From an uncultured bacterium (lineage in GTDB: Bacteria > Auribacterota > Erginobacteria > Erginobacterales > Erginobacteraceae): a stretch of DNA of 64,000 nucleotides. Of this stretch, positions 36,019 to 46,800 are shown in pieces. The notes under the pieces were generated by a model, which made no database searches, had not been told where the DNA came from, and was given only the letters and a program-made list of their open reading frames with translations. The stretch is taken from NCBI GenBank assembly GCA_963822585.1, contig CAWGIE010000010.1, positions 155,578 to 219,577 on the forward strand, written 5' to 3'. Every line of letters starts with the position of its first letter. Positions within the stretch are counted from its first letter, which is position 1. A program made the translations under genes and the position numbers.

Positions 36019-37074
36019 ATGCAGGTCCCACGGAAAATTCTGATCGTCAAGCTGGGTTCGATCGGGGATGTGGTCAACACATTGCCGTTTGTCAATGCCG
36101 TCAAGGCCGCGCGGCCGGAATGGCAGCTCGGCTGGCTGATCGAGCCGAAATCCTTCCCCATCGTCGAGGGGCACCCGGCCGTGGACCGGTTTATTGTTTA
36201 CAAAAGAGGGGAGGGGGTCACCGCCGTCCGTCAGGCACTGGCGGAGATCAAAAGTTTTCAGCCGGACCTGGTGATCGATCTGCAAAGAATACTGCGGTCC
36301 GCTTTTTTTACCGCCCTCTCCGGTTGCCGGGAACGTCTGGGCTTCGACCGTAAACGGTGCAAGGAACTCTCCTGGTTTTTCACCAACCGGAAGATCCTCC
36401 CCCGTGATCCCGGAGGGCACATGGTCCGGCAATATCTGGAGTTCGCCGACTATCTCGGGATCCCCTCTTCGGATATTCATTTCCGGGTGCCGATAGCGGA
36501 ATCCGCGCGGACCGCGGCCCGAACGCTTATCCCCGCCCCCTTCCTCGAGCGGGGTTTCATCGCCTTCAATGTCGGCGCCGCCAAAAAGGCCAATCGGTGG
36601 CCTTTGTTCCGGTGGGCGCAACTGGGCAAGATAATCCTCGATCAGACGCCCTTCTCCCTGGTTGTCACCGGGGGCAGGCAGGATATCTCCCGAGGGCGGG
36701 CGGTCGGTGACCTCCTGGGAGAGGGGGGGAGAGTGCGGGACTGTACCGGGAAAACGTCGTTAAAAGAGCTGGGAGCCGTTTTCTCTCTTGCCCGGGCGGT
36801 GGTTTCCGGGGACACCGGCCCGATGCACATATCCTCCGCTCTGGGGGTTGCGACCGTCGGACTCTTCGGCCCCGCGGACCCGGGTCGGACCGGGCCTTTC
36901 CGTCACCTCGATCTGGTGGTCCGGTCCGGCGGGGGATGCTCCCCCTGCGGCAAGCGGAGGTGCTCTTCAACCCGGTGCATGGATGAGATCCGGCCGGAGG
37001 CGGTCTTCTCCGTACTTTTTCCCGCCGCCCGGCAAAGCGCCGGCGGCCGGAAAAAGTATCTTGATCAGGTGTAA
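36019..37074 (+). CDS. ADP-heptose:LPS heptosyltransferase (GT9), second copy
   Basis: ILIVKLGSIGDVVNTLP. VVSGDTGPMHISSALGVATVGLFG. Start chosen at MQVPRK. Confidence 0.8.
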   Translation: MQVPRKILIVKLGSIGDVVNTLPFVNAVKAARPEWQLGWLIEPKSFPIVEGHPAVDRFIVYKRGEGVTAVRQALAEIKSFQPDLVIDLQRILRSAFFTALSGCRERLGFDRKRCKELSWFFTNRKILPRDPGGHMVRQYLEFADYLGIPSSDIHFRVPIAESARTAARTLIPAPFLERGFIAFNVGAAKKANRWPLFRWAQLGKIILDQTPFSLVVTGGRQDISRGRAVGDLLGEGGRVRDCTGKTSLKELGAVFSLARAVVSGDTGPMHISSALGVATVGLFGPADPGRTGPFRHLDLVVRSGGGCSPCGKRRCSSTRCMDEIRPEAVFSVLFPAARQSAGGRKKYLDQV

Positions 37075-37076
37075 CG

Positions 37077-38018
37077 ATGCGTGATCCGTCGAAAATACAG
37101 AACTTCCTCCCGGAAGGGTTCGGTTGCCTGGAAGGGGGCGGAATGATCGGCGTTTTTCATCACCGCTGGGAGAACGAGATCAGGGGGCTCTGTGAAAACG
37201 GTCTCCCGGCAGGAGGGGAAAGCGGGCGACTCCGCGGCCGGGGCCGTCCTGCGCTGGTCCCCGCGGGGCCGGTGAATCTGGTCGTCCGGCATTATTATCA
37301 CGGCGGAATCCTTCGTCGGCTGACCGGAGATCTCTTCCGGGGAGCGGCGCGTCCGCTGAACGAGATTGGCATGCTCGCCGCCGCCCGGAAGGCCGGGATC
37401 AACGCGCCCGAGCCGGCGGGTCTCCTGCTGGAGCCGGTCTCCTCTTATTTTTGCCGGGCCGACCTGGTTACGGTGTACCTTCCCGGCTGCGTGGACCTGC
37501 TGACGTATTACCGTGAGTTTTTCCGGACCGCCGGGGGGCGTACCCGCGGGGAAAAGCGCCGGATGATCGCGGCCGCCGCCCGGCAGGTGGCTCTTCTTCA
37601 CCTTGGCGGGATCGAGCACGGGGATCTCCAGCTCAAGAACCTGCTTTTTCGGGATTCGCCGGGTGAACCGCGGGTTTTCATCCTCGACTTCGACCGGGCC
37701 CGGAGGACGGCTTCGTCCAACGGTCGGGCGCGGAGAAACCTCCTCCGTCTCTACCGTTCCTTCCGGAAGATGAGTCTCTCCCTTCCCGGCGTCTCGAGAT
37801 ACGACCCCCTTCGTTTTCTGCGCGCCTATGCCCCGGACGATAAGGAATTCCGCCGGAGTATCGTCCGCGCCCTCCGGCGCCGCCGCTGGCGGGAAAGACT
37901 CCATCTGCTGAAGTGGAAGCTGTCGTTGCGTCTGGGGGGCGGACTTTACGCGCGCCCGATGTCAGGCCCGAGGGACGAAGAAGGGGAGGGAGCACAGGTA
38001 CATTCCGGCCGGCCATGA
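37077..38018 (+). CDS. Kdo kinase / LPS-kinase family protein (KdkA/InaA-like)
   Basis: LHLGGIEHGDLQLKNLLF and FILDFDRA (kinase catalytic and DFD motifs). Confidence 0.65.
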   Translation: MRDPSKIQNFLPEGFGCLEGGGMIGVFHHRWENEIRGLCENGLPAGGESGRLRGRGRPALVPAGPVNLVVRHYYHGGILRRLTGDLFRGAARPLNEIGMLAAARKAGINAPEPAGLLLEPVSSYFCRADLVTVYLPGCVDLLTYYREFFRTAGGRTRGEKRRMIAAAARQVALLHLGGIEHGDLQLKNLLFRDSPGEPRVFILDFDRARRTASSNGRARRNLLRLYRSFRKMSLSLPGVSRYDPLRFLRAYAPDDKEFRRSIVRALRRRRWRERLHLLKWKLSLRLGGGLYARPMSGPRDEEGEGAQVHSGRP

Positions 38019-38085
38019 TTTTTTCTTTCCAATTTAATTATGGCAAAACTTTAGTTACTATTATTTTTCCGCAGGAAAAATAATA

Positions 38086-39246
38086 ATGAAGATAGCCTTC
38101 TGCATCGAGAATTTCATCACCGCCCGGGGCGGCGCCGAGCAGTACGTCAACGATCTCTCCCGGCTTCTCTCCGAAGGCGAACACGAGGTCCATATCTTTA
38201 CCCTCAAGAGCCGGAAACAAAGCTCGGGGGACCTCCATATCCATCTCCTGAAATGCCTGCCGGTGCCCCGCTTCGCCAAGGCCGTCTGTTTTGCCCGCCG
38301 GTGTCGCCGGGAGGTGGCCGACCGGGGGTTTGATATCGTGCATTCGTTTGGAAGAACCTGGGGGATGGATGTTTTCCAGCCTCTGGGAGGATCCCAGATG
38401 GCCGGCCTGGTGGGAAACATCCGATCCATCGAACGGCCGTACAAACGGATCTTGAAGGTCGTGACCTACCTGTTCAGCCTGCGGAGGATAGCCTATTTCA
38501 TGATAGAAAAAGTGCAGATCAGAGAGGCGAATATCGTGATCGCCATCTCGGCGATGGTCAAAGACGACCTGATCCGGTACTGTCGTTTAAGACCGGAGAA
38601 GGTCAGGATCGTCAGGAACGGCGTTGACCTGGAAAGGTTCCACCCCCGGAATAAGAACCTTTACCGGGAGAAGATCAGGAAGCTGATCGGCTTGAACGAC
38701 CGGGATATCTTTATCATCTTCGTCGCCCATAATTTCCGCCTCAAGGGTCTGCAGTCCCTGATCCGGACCCTGGCCTATCTCAACGATATCTCCCCCGGCC
38801 ATCCCTTCAAAGTCGGCGTGCTGGGTGCCGGGAAGATTAAAAAATACACTTCCCGGGCCCGGAAGCTGGGCGTGGCCGACCGACTGATCTTTCTCAGCAG
38901 CGAGGATCCGCCCCGTTATTATGCCGCGGCCGACATCTGCGTCCACCCCAGCTATTATGACCCCTCCGCCCTGGTGGTGCTGGAAGCGATGGCCAGCGGG
39001 CTGCCGGTCATTACCACCACCTATTGCGGGACCTCGGAGATCATGCAGGACGGAAGAGAAGGGTTCGTCGTCGCCACGCCGAACGATATCCCCGATCTGA
39101 CCGACCGAATCACCCGTCTGGGCGACCCTGAACTGCGGCGGAAGATGGGGAAGGAAGGGAGGCTACGGGCCGAGGAATTCCCCTATCCCCGGAACATGAG
39201 GGAGATTCTGGATATCTACGATGAATATATTGGTTCTTGTTCCTGA
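38086..39246 (+). CDS. glycosyltransferase family 4
   Basis: E..ARGGAEQ start. EAMASGLPVITT C-terminal motif. Confidence 0.8.
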   Translation: MKIAFCIENFITARGGAEQYVNDLSRLLSEGEHEVHIFTLKSRKQSSGDLHIHLLKCLPVPRFAKAVCFARRCRREVADRGFDIVHSFGRTWGMDVFQPLGGSQMAGLVGNIRSIERPYKRILKVVTYLFSLRRIAYFMIEKVQIREANIVIAISAMVKDDLIRYCRLRPEKVRIVRNGVDLERFHPRNKNLYREKIRKLIGLNDRDIFIIFVAHNFRLKGLQSLIRTLAYLNDISPGHPFKVGVLGAGKIKKYTSRARKLGVADRLIFLSSEDPPRYYAAADICVHPSYYDPSALVVLEAMASGLPVITTTYCGTSEIMQDGREGFVVATPNDIPDLTDRITRLGDPELRRKMGKEGRLRAEEFPYPRNMREILDIYDEYIGSCS

Positions 39247-40204
39247 TCGGAACGCTCCCAGCTGCCGGTTCCGGATCCTCCAGTTTCTGGGTCCGCTGGC
39301 CGCCGTCGGGATCACTCTCTCCGTGGCCGATCTGGGGAAAGGGGGCGATGAGCGCGGAGGGATACTGGAATCCGCCGCCGATTTCGACGCGGTTATTCTC
39401 CACCGGAAGCTTCTCAACCGGTTCGATTTTCACCGTCTCCGCCGCCGGGCCCGCCGCCTGATCTATGACTTCGATGACGCGGTCATGTTCCGTGACTCCA
39501 ACGCCCGTCGGCTCCGCTCCCGGATGCGCTGGCGGAAATTCCGGCGGCTGGTCGCCGGCGCCGATCTGGTCATCGCCGGGAATGAATATCTCCGGGGCTT
39601 AGCGGCTCCCCGTTGCCGGAAGGTCGCCGTCATCCCGACCGCGATCGATCTGACTCCTTTTCCCGAGGATCCGGCCCCGGGCGCCGGCACGACGATCGGC
39701 TGGATGGGAACCGGAAGTAATTTTATCTACCTTTCGCTGATCGAAGCCGCTCTCTCCTCCCTGATCCGGAGCCGCCCCGGGGTCTCCTTCCAGATAGTCA
39801 GCGACGCCAGACCTCTTCTCCCCGGAGTTCCGGTCATGGTTAAAAAATGGACGCGTGACGAAGAAGTATCGGACCTGACCGGGTTCGACATCGGGATTAT
39901 GCCCCTCTTCGACGATCCCTGGGCCGAGGGGAAGTGCGCCCTCAAAATTCTTCAGTACTCGGCGGCCTTTTTGCCGGTTGTCTGCTCGCCGGTGGGGGCC
40001 AACCGGGAGGTGATACGGGAGGGGGTCAATGGTTTCTTCGCCCGATCGCCGGAAGAATGGCGACGGCGTCTGGAAGAACTGCTTGACTCGGCCCCGCTGA
40101 GAGAAGAGATGGGCCGGGCGGGGAGGAAGATTGTCGAGGAGCGGTATTCGGTCGCGATCCTGGCGCCCCGTATGGAGAAGCTGCTGCGGGAGGCGGTCTC
40201 ATAA
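39221..40204 (+). CDS. glycosyltransferase (GT1/GT4-like C-terminal domain)
   Basis: GWMGTGSN...ILQYSAAFLPVVCSPVGANREVI. Confidence 0.65.
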   Translation: MNILVLVPDRNAPSCRFRILQFLGPLAAVGITLSVADLGKGGDERGGILESAADFDAVILHRKLLNRFDFHRLRRRARRLIYDFDDAVMFRDSNARRLRSRMRWRKFRRLVAGADLVIAGNEYLRGLAAPRCRKVAVIPTAIDLTPFPEDPAPGAGTTIGWMGTGSNFIYLSLIEAALSSLIRSRPGVSFQIVSDARPLLPGVPVMVKKWTRDEEVSDLTGFDIGIMPLFDDPWAEGKCALKILQYSAAFLPVVCSPVGANREVIREGVNGFFARSPEEWRRRLEELLDSAPLREEMGRAGRKIVEERYSVAILAPRMEKLLREAVS

Positions 40205-40454
40205 GAGGCAGAGGAAATCGCCTAAGATAAAAATACCATAGCTCGCGGTAACGTTTTCGGCTGTAGAAACATCCCATTTTTAAGATGCATTGCCGCCGTG
40301 ATTGGGTTATGCTTTTTTCTTATCAATCTGTTTTAAGTTAAAAAGTGAAAATTTACTCAATTTGTGCCGGAGGCGCTCATTTATTCTTGGTGTCTTTGTG
40401 TCTTAGTGGTTAAAAGGTTCGCCGGGGGGGTCTGTTCCGGAGGAGAAGTTTCCT

Positions 40455-41606
40455 ATGGATGTTATTCCGGGTAAAAAGATAGCGATTGCCGTCATCGTGA
40501 TCATCGCGGCTATTTTTGTCTATATCCTGATTAATACCTTTTTTATCACCAAGGACTACATGTACGGTCCGCTGGTGCTTTTTATCAAGAACCGCTACCT
40601 CAAGGTTGATATCTATCCCCGGGGTTACGAATCGGCCACGGTCTTCACCAACAACTATATCGAGGGATCGAGCACCCCCGAAGACATCGATATTCTCCGC
40701 CTTTTTCTGAAGAAAAAAGACATCAAGGGGGTCTTCTTCGTCATCCCCGATTATGTCAGAACCCATCCTCTGGATAAAAGCCCGCAGGTGGTGGCCGAGC
40801 TCCAGAAGTTGAAGAATGACGGGCATGAGATCGCTCAGGCGGGGACCTACCATACCTACGGGCCGGACATGGCCCGGGGAGCGGAGGCCGGCCAGGAGCT
40901 GCTCACCCTTTCCTTTGATGAGCAGATTGAACGGATCAGGGAGGGGAAAGACCTCCTGACTAAACTGGGCTTTCCCCCTGCCGGTTTCCGGGCGCCCTCA
41001 TTCTGCACCAATCAGGAAACCTTCCGGGTTCTGGAGATGCTTGATTATCTTTATGATTCCAGCTCGATCGTCCCCCCCCGGACGTTCAACACCCTCCTCA
41101 AGCCCTCTCTCTCCGAAGGCTTGTTGTATCCCTATCACCCGTCCGGTTTCGAACTTTTGGAATTTACTGATTATATCGATCCCACCCAGCAGTATGCCAA
41201 GGCATGGTCGCTCTTCCGGCGGGTCACCGCCCGGAACGGGGTTTTTGTTTACCATACGTTCATCGGCAGTATCGCTCAGCCGGAACGCCTGCAGATGCTG
41301 GACGCGTTCATAGACGTTATCCAGAAGGAAAACACCTGGTGCTGCACTCTCGGCGAACTCAGCCGGTGGTGGCAGGCCCGGGAGAAACTGCGGGTGGAAA
41401 CCAGGCGCGAAGGGACCGTCTTCCTGATCATGATGGAGAACCGTTCCCCCTATCCATTGACCGAGTTCGGGGTGGAGCTGACAAAGTTCCCCTATGGGGT
41501 GACGGAGTACCGGATAATAGACGACCGGGGGAATATTCTCTCCCGGGGTGGGTTGCCCGTGCAGGAGAAAATCTTCATTACCCTCTCCGGGAACCCGGCG
41601 TCGTGA
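40455..41606 (+). CDS. membrane-anchored polysaccharide deacetylase-like (NodB/DUF2334-like) protein
   Basis: N-terminal TM helix. FFVIPDYV...DGHEIAQ.GTYH metal-site-like pattern. Weak family call. Confidence 0.5.
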   Translation: MDVIPGKKIAIAVIVIIAAIFVYILINTFFITKDYMYGPLVLFIKNRYLKVDIYPRGYESATVFTNNYIEGSSTPEDIDILRLFLKKKDIKGVFFVIPDYVRTHPLDKSPQVVAELQKLKNDGHEIAQAGTYHTYGPDMARGAEAGQELLTLSFDEQIERIREGKDLLTKLGFPPAGFRAPSFCTNQETFRVLEMLDYLYDSSSIVPPRTFNTLLKPSLSEGLLYPYHPSGFELLEFTDYIDPTQQYAKAWSLFRRVTARNGVFVYHTFIGSIAQPERLQMLDAFIDVIQKENTWCCTLGELSRWWQAREKLRVETRREGTVFLIMMENRSPYPLTEFGVELTKFPYGVTEYRIIDDRGNILSRGGLPVQEKIFITLSGNPAS

Positions 41607-41673
41607 ATCGATCGTGGCCCTTTGTTCTGCGAGAGGAGATGCCTGTCTGCCGACCGTCGGTGGTAGGGGCGGC

Positions 41674-41766
41674 ATGGAGTGATGGAATAATGGAGTATGG
41701 GAGTGACAGCTGGGTGTCCCCCGGTTTTCCATCACTCCACTATTCCATTACTCCATCACTCCATTC
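41674..41766. repeat. R1 palindromic element copy
   Basis: GGAGTGATGGAATAATGGAGT...CCATCACTCCACTATTCCATTACTCCATCACTCC. Confidence 0.7.
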
Positions 41767-41801
41767 TTGTTTATGAACAGGCTCCTCCTGTTCTGGATAC
41801 A

Positions 41802-42794
41802 ATGAATAACAAGCCAATGGAAGAACCTGATCTCTCGATCTGTATAGTCAGCTGGAATGTGAAGAGGGCGCTCGGCGATTGCCTGGATTCCATCCGGGAG
41901 GTCCGGCCGGCACTGCGCTATGAGGTTGTAGTGGTTGATAACGCCTCCGACGACGGAAGCGGGGATATGGTCAGGGAGAAGTTCCCGGAGAGCGAACTGA
42001 TCCGGAACCATTCCAATCTTGGCTTCGCCGCCGCCTGCAACCAGGCGATACGGAGAAGCCGCGGCCGGTATATGGTTCTTCTCAACCCCGATACCCGGGT
42101 CCGGGAAGGCGCCCTGGAAGAGATGGTCGGCTTTCTGGACGCCCGCCCCGCCGCCGGGGGAGGAGGCCCCCGGCTGATCTATCCGGACGGAAGGCATCAG
42201 CCATCGGTGCGCGCTTTTCCTACCTTCAAAAGCAGCCTCCAGCAGTTTACCCTGCTGGGAGATCTCGGCCTCTTCCGCGGGGCCCGATCCCGGTACCTGC
42301 GGCTGGATTTTCCCTATGACCGGGCGGCCGTCGTCGACCAGCCGATGGGGGCGGCGCTTTTTCTGCGTCGGGAGGCCCTGGAGGAGGTGGGACTGCTGGA
42401 CGAAGGATTCTTCCTATATTTCGAAGAAGTCGATCTTTGCCGTCGGCTGACCGGGGCGGGGCGGCTCCTCTGGTACAATCCTCTCTCGATCATCGTTCAT
42501 GAAGGGGGCAGGAGCACGGAGCAGGCCGGCGCCCGGGCCCGGTACTGGTTTCTCCAGAGCCAGTTCCGCTATTTCAGCAAGCAGGAGGGAGCGGTCCGGA
42601 CGGCGCGGTTCAAGCTGCTCTTCAAGCCCCTTTTCCTAGCCGGTCTTTACTGGTCGATTATCCGCGGCTCGGTCTCCCTTCTCTGGGCCGCCGCGGTCCG
42701 CCGGGACCCCGGTATCAGAGAGCGGAAACGCCTCCGCCTGCGGGTCAAATGGCGTTTCCTGACGGAGTACCTGCTTGACTTCCTGCTCTTGTGA
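41802..42794 (+). CDS. glycosyltransferase family 2
   Basis: SICIVSWN...VVVVDNASDDGS...LLNPDT. Confidence 0.8.
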   Translation: MNNKPMEEPDLSICIVSWNVKRALGDCLDSIREVRPALRYEVVVVDNASDDGSGDMVREKFPESELIRNHSNLGFAAACNQAIRRSRGRYMVLLNPDTRVREGALEEMVGFLDARPAAGGGGPRLIYPDGRHQPSVRAFPTFKSSLQQFTLLGDLGLFRGARSRYLRLDFPYDRAAVVDQPMGAALFLRREALEEVGLLDEGFFLYFEEVDLCRRLTGAGRLLWYNPLSIIVHEGGRSTEQAGARARYWFLQSQFRYFSKQEGAVRTARFKLLFKPLFLAGLYWSIIRGSVSLLWAAAVRRDPGIRERKRLRLRVKWRFLTEYLLDFLLL

Positions 42795-42975
42795 ACTTAT
42801 TTTCGCTGCTTAAAAACGGGCTAAATTTATTGTTTCGGAATTTTCAGCCGGAGGCTGATGCGCCTCCGGCGCACAATAACGTAGTATGAAGTGTAAGGTG
42901 TGAAGGGGGAAGTTTCATTACACTTTAAACATTACACTTTACACTACAAGTTGCGCCGGAGGCGCTAACTTGTAT

Positions 42976-44103
42976 ATGAAGATCATTTTCATCTCGCATG
43001 CCTCGGTCATGAACGGCGCCCCGATCACCCTGGCTGAACTGGTTGAGGAGCTCTTAAAAGACACGGAGCTCGGGGATATTGCCGTGGGGCTGCCGGGGGA
43101 CGGGATGCTTTTGAAAAGACATCCCCTGACCGGCGCCGGGGTGTTTTTTTACGCCCGTGCTTTCGCCGGCCGCGAGATCATCGTCACCCATCCCCGGATC
43201 AGGGGCCGGTTGCGAAAGATTTTCATGAAAGAAGAGGCGGACCTGGTGGTGGCGAACAGCCTGGAGTCCTTCCGGGCCGTCCAGGCGGCGGCCGACGCCG
43301 GTGTCCCGGTGATCTGGATGCTGCATGAACTGATGACCGCCTACCGGGAAAGACGGGAGCTGGGATATATGAAGGAAGCCGCTCTATTAGCCGACCGCCT
43401 GATCTTCAATTCCCGCTCGGCTCTCGATCTGGCGCCGCTCCTGGGGCCCGGACTGGAGGAAAAGTCCGGGTTCATCTATCCGGGAATCCCCCTGCCGCCC
43501 GGGGATGAAGAAAGTGTTTACCGCCGGGAGAACCCGGGGAAGCGGGATGCCGGCCCGCTCCTGGGGAGTGTCGGCGATCTCTGTCCTCAGAAGGGGTATG
43601 AGTCGCTGATCAGGGGGTTCGGGATACTTTCCCGTGAGTACCCCTCCGCCCGGCTGCTGATTATCGGCAGAACTCCCAAACGATATCGCGACTTTCAAAA
43701 CGGGATGGAGGCTCTTTGCCGGGAGCTGGGCATCGGGGAACGGGTTGTTTTCATGGGGGAGAGGAGCGATCTCCCCCGCTATTTGCGGGCGCTCGATCTG
43801 CTTGTTCATCCGTCCTGGGGCGAATCTTTCGGGAGGGTGATTGTTGAAGCCCTGGCTCGCGGGGTGCCGGTGGTGGCGACCCGTTCCGGAGGCGTCGAGG
43901 AGATTCTGACCGACGGTTTAACCGGGCTCCTGGTCCCCCGGGAGGATCCGGGCGCGCTGGCCGCCGCCGTCCACCGGATGATCGATCGCCCGGCCGAAGC
44001 CGGGGCGATGGCACGGCGGGGAAAGGAGACGGTCGAGAAGAAATTCACCATGTTCCGTTTTGCCGGGGAACTGAAGAAAGAGATACTGAAGGAAAGGCGC
44101 TGA
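42976..44103 (+). CDS. glycosyltransferase family 4
   Basis: EALARGVPVVATRSGG. The ORF track began at the TTG at 42970; ATG at 42976 is preferred. Confidence 0.8.
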   Translation: MKIIFISHASVMNGAPITLAELVEELLKDTELGDIAVGLPGDGMLLKRHPLTGAGVFFYARAFAGREIIVTHPRIRGRLRKIFMKEEADLVVANSLESFRAVQAAADAGVPVIWMLHELMTAYRERRELGYMKEAALLADRLIFNSRSALDLAPLLGPGLEEKSGFIYPGIPLPPGDEESVYRRENPGKRDAGPLLGSVGDLCPQKGYESLIRGFGILSREYPSARLLIIGRTPKRYRDFQNGMEALCRELGIGERVVFMGERSDLPRYLRALDLLVHPSWGESFGRVIVEALARGVPVVATRSGGVEEILTDGLTGLLVPREDPGALAAAVHRMIDRPAEAGAMARRGKETVEKKFTMFRFAGELKKEILKERR

Positions 44104-44110
44104 GGAAAAG

Positions 44111-45436
44111 ATGCATGTGATCATCAAGGACGGGGCCGCTAAATATCGCCTGATTTTGTGGATCGTTTTTCTGGTTGTCATCTTCTTTATCGGGGTGGGA
44201 CAGGTCTCCCTCAATAAGGCTGGAGGGGCCTCCGACTCCCTCGAGCAACCGGTCTTCCGCCTGTCTATTCCCGCTTTGGGTTGGCTTCATTTCAGTATCG
44301 GCGGCAAGATCCGGAATCTGATCTATCTCCTCCTGCTTCTCTGGGCGGCCGGTTGTCTCCTGGACCGGCGGCTCCGGCCGAGGTGGACGGCATTGACACC
44401 GCCCCTGCTCGTATTCCTCTCGATCACCGCTCTGGCCTATCTTGTCTCGCCGCTGAGGGAGTTGAGCTGGTCGGAGGGGCTGCGGGAAATTCTGTTGGGG
44501 GGAGGCGTCTTCTTCGCCGCTTCAGTTTTGCTTGCCTCCGGACGGGAGCAACGAACGGCCCTTGTCGTCCTCTTTATCGGCATCGGGCTGAGCGTCCTGG
44601 CGGGGTTGTTGCTCTTCAGCCGCGGGATTTATTTCCCGGAGACCCCCCGGAGAATCTGGCTTTCCTTCATGCACCCCAACACTTCCGGATCGGTCCTCCT
44701 CCTCCTGATCCCCCTCGGGCTTTCCCTGGTCACGGTCGGGATCTCCGCCCGGCTGAGAGTGTTCTTCGGCCTCCTGACCCTGTTATTGGCGGCGGCCATG
44801 ATACTTACCTTTTCCCGGACCGCCTGGCTCAGCCTGCTGGTGGCGCTGGTGATCCTGGCGATCCACTGGAAGGGCCGGTTTTATTATCTGGCGGCTCTGG
44901 CGCTGCTCGCCATGCTTCTCATTCTGGGGGTGAATGTGGGGCCGCAGACGTATTTCAAGGAACGTCTGAAAAGTTTTACGGCCTTCACGTCGGATCCCAA
45001 CATCGAGAAAAGACTTATCTACTGGGAAGGTGTCCGGCGGATGATCGCCCGGCGGCCGGTGCTGGGATATGGTCCCGGTTACCGGGTCTTCATGAAAGAG
45101 TACGAAACGAGCTTCCAGAAAGTGGATACGGATGAGAATCCGATTCACGCGCATAATATGTATCTCTCCCTGGCGGCGGCGTCGGGGTTGGCGGGAGCGG
45201 GGGCTTTCCTCTGGCTGCTGGCCGCCGCGTTTTTTCTTCTTCTCTCCGGGGAACGGGCCGGGGAAGAGCCGTTTCAACGGGCCCTGCGCCGCGGCCTGAC
45301 GGCCGGCCTGGCCGGTTTTATCGTCGGGGGGCTGGCCGATAATCCGTTTTTCTCCTTCCGGCTGATGCTTGTCTTCTGGCTGCTGCTGGCCCTGATCGCC
45401 GCGCGCCGGATCTCCCCGCCGGCTCCGGAAGGCTGA
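44111..45436 (+). CDS. O-antigen ligase (WaaL/Wzy_C) family membrane protein
   Basis: LTFSRTAWLSLLVAL and HAHNMYLS motifs. More than 10 TM segments. Confidence 0.75.
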   Translation: MHVIIKDGAAKYRLILWIVFLVVIFFIGVGQVSLNKAGGASDSLEQPVFRLSIPALGWLHFSIGGKIRNLIYLLLLLWAAGCLLDRRLRPRWTALTPPLLVFLSITALAYLVSPLRELSWSEGLREILLGGGVFFAASVLLASGREQRTALVVLFIGIGLSVLAGLLLFSRGIYFPETPRRIWLSFMHPNTSGSVLLLLIPLGLSLVTVGISARLRVFFGLLTLLLAAAMILTFSRTAWLSLLVALVILAIHWKGRFYYLAALALLAMLLILGVNVGPQTYFKERLKSFTAFTSDPNIEKRLIYWEGVRRMIARRPVLGYGPGYRVFMKEYETSFQKVDTDENPIHAHNMYLSLAAASGLAGAGAFLWLLAAAFFLLLSGERAGEEPFQRALRRGLTAGLAGFIVGGLADNPFFSFRLMLVFWLLLALIAARRISPPAPEG

Positions 45437-45486
45437 GGCCCCCGGGGTTTTTCCGGCTTGTGAAAGAACCGGGGCTCGGGTAATAT

Positions 45487-45742
45487 AATCAGCACGAGCT
45501 ATTTAGAGCTTACTCGAAAAGCTTTTAAGTGCTCAAATTCTAATATCTTCAGCCAAAGGCTGATCCGCCTCCGGCGGAAAATACTAAATCCTAAATAATA
45601 TTCGATGACCAAAACTCAAAATCCAAAACAATGGTGCGAACCCGGCGATATTTGAAACATTTGATCATTTGGATTTTGGATTTATTTGGGATTTCGATAT
45701 TAGGATTTAGGATTTCCTGCCTGAAATCTTTTGCGAGCAGGG
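45487..45742. repeat. R2 MITE-like element copy
   Basis: Matches 30882-31122 along the full length. Confidence 0.7.
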
Positions 45743-45771
45743 TATAATTAGCGAACGAAGAGAGCTGATTT

Positions 45772-46755
45772 ATGAAAGAAAAAATAGTGGTCACCGGGGG
45801 GGCCGGTTTCATCGGCAGCGCCCTGGTCTGGGACTTGAACCGCAAGGGGGAGGACGATATCATCATCGTCGACTCTCTCGGCAGCGGTGAAAAGTGGAAG
45901 AATCTCGCCTCTCTCCGTTTCGCGGATTACCTGGAGAAAGATGATTTCCTCCAGCTGGTTACCGCCGGCCGCCTCCCCGATTCGATCGAGGCCATCTTCC
46001 ATTTCGGGGCCTGCTCCTCCACCAGCGAGACGGATCTGCGCTATTTGATACAAAACAATTATCAGTACAGCAAATCCCTGGCCGAATACGCGCTCGGGGG
46101 CGGCATCCGGTTCATCTACGCGTCCAGCGCGGCCACCTACGGTGACGGAAGCAACGGGTACGGAGATGATGAGTCGACGATCGGAAACCTCCGCCCGCTG
46201 AACGGCTATGGTTTTTCAAAGCACCTCTTCGATCTCCATGCCCGCCGCGAAGGCTGGCTGGATCGGATAACCGGACTCAAGTTCTTTAATGTTTTCGGTC
46301 CCAACGAGTATCATAAAGGAGATATGAGGAGCATGGTCTGCAAGGGATTTGAACAGATCAAGGCCAAGGGAAAGATGAATCTATTCCATTCTTACCGTGA
46401 CGGATATATGGACGGAGAACAGGAACGGGACTTTATCTATGTGAAGGACGCGGTGGATATGGTCCTCTTCCTGTATGAACGGCCCGGATTGAAGGGGTTA
46501 TTTAATATCGGTTCCGGAACCGCCCGGACCTGGAATGATCTGGCGCACGCCATTTTCGATGTTATGCAGCTCAGACGTCAGATCCAGTACATCCCCATCC
46601 CGGAAGCCATCAAGGATGCCTATCAATATCATACGGAAGCCGATATGGGGAAATTGCGCCGGGCCGGTTATGAGAAAGATACCCTGCCCCTGGAGGAAGC
46701 GGTCGCGGATTACGTTAAAGAATACCTGCTGCCGGGACGGTACCTGAGCGAATAA
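45772..46755 (+). CDS. hldD: ADP-L-glycero-D-manno-heptose 6-epimerase
   Basis: VTGGAGFIGS. YASSAATYGD. Overall HldD co-linearity. Confidence 0.85.
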   Translation: MKEKIVVTGGAGFIGSALVWDLNRKGEDDIIIVDSLGSGEKWKNLASLRFADYLEKDDFLQLVTAGRLPDSIEAIFHFGACSSTSETDLRYLIQNNYQYSKSLAEYALGGGIRFIYASSAATYGDGSNGYGDDESTIGNLRPLNGYGFSKHLFDLHARREGWLDRITGLKFFNVFGPNEYHKGDMRSMVCKGFEQIKAKGKMNLFHSYRDGYMDGEQERDFIYVKDAVDMVLFLYERPGLKGLFNIGSGTARTWNDLAHAIFDVMQLRRQIQYIPIPEAIKDAYQYHTEADMGKLRRAGYEKDTLPLEEAVADYVKEYLLPGRYLSE

Positions 46756-46800
46756 TTTACTGCACCGGAATTTCAAAAACGTAGAAAAAACAGATAATCA

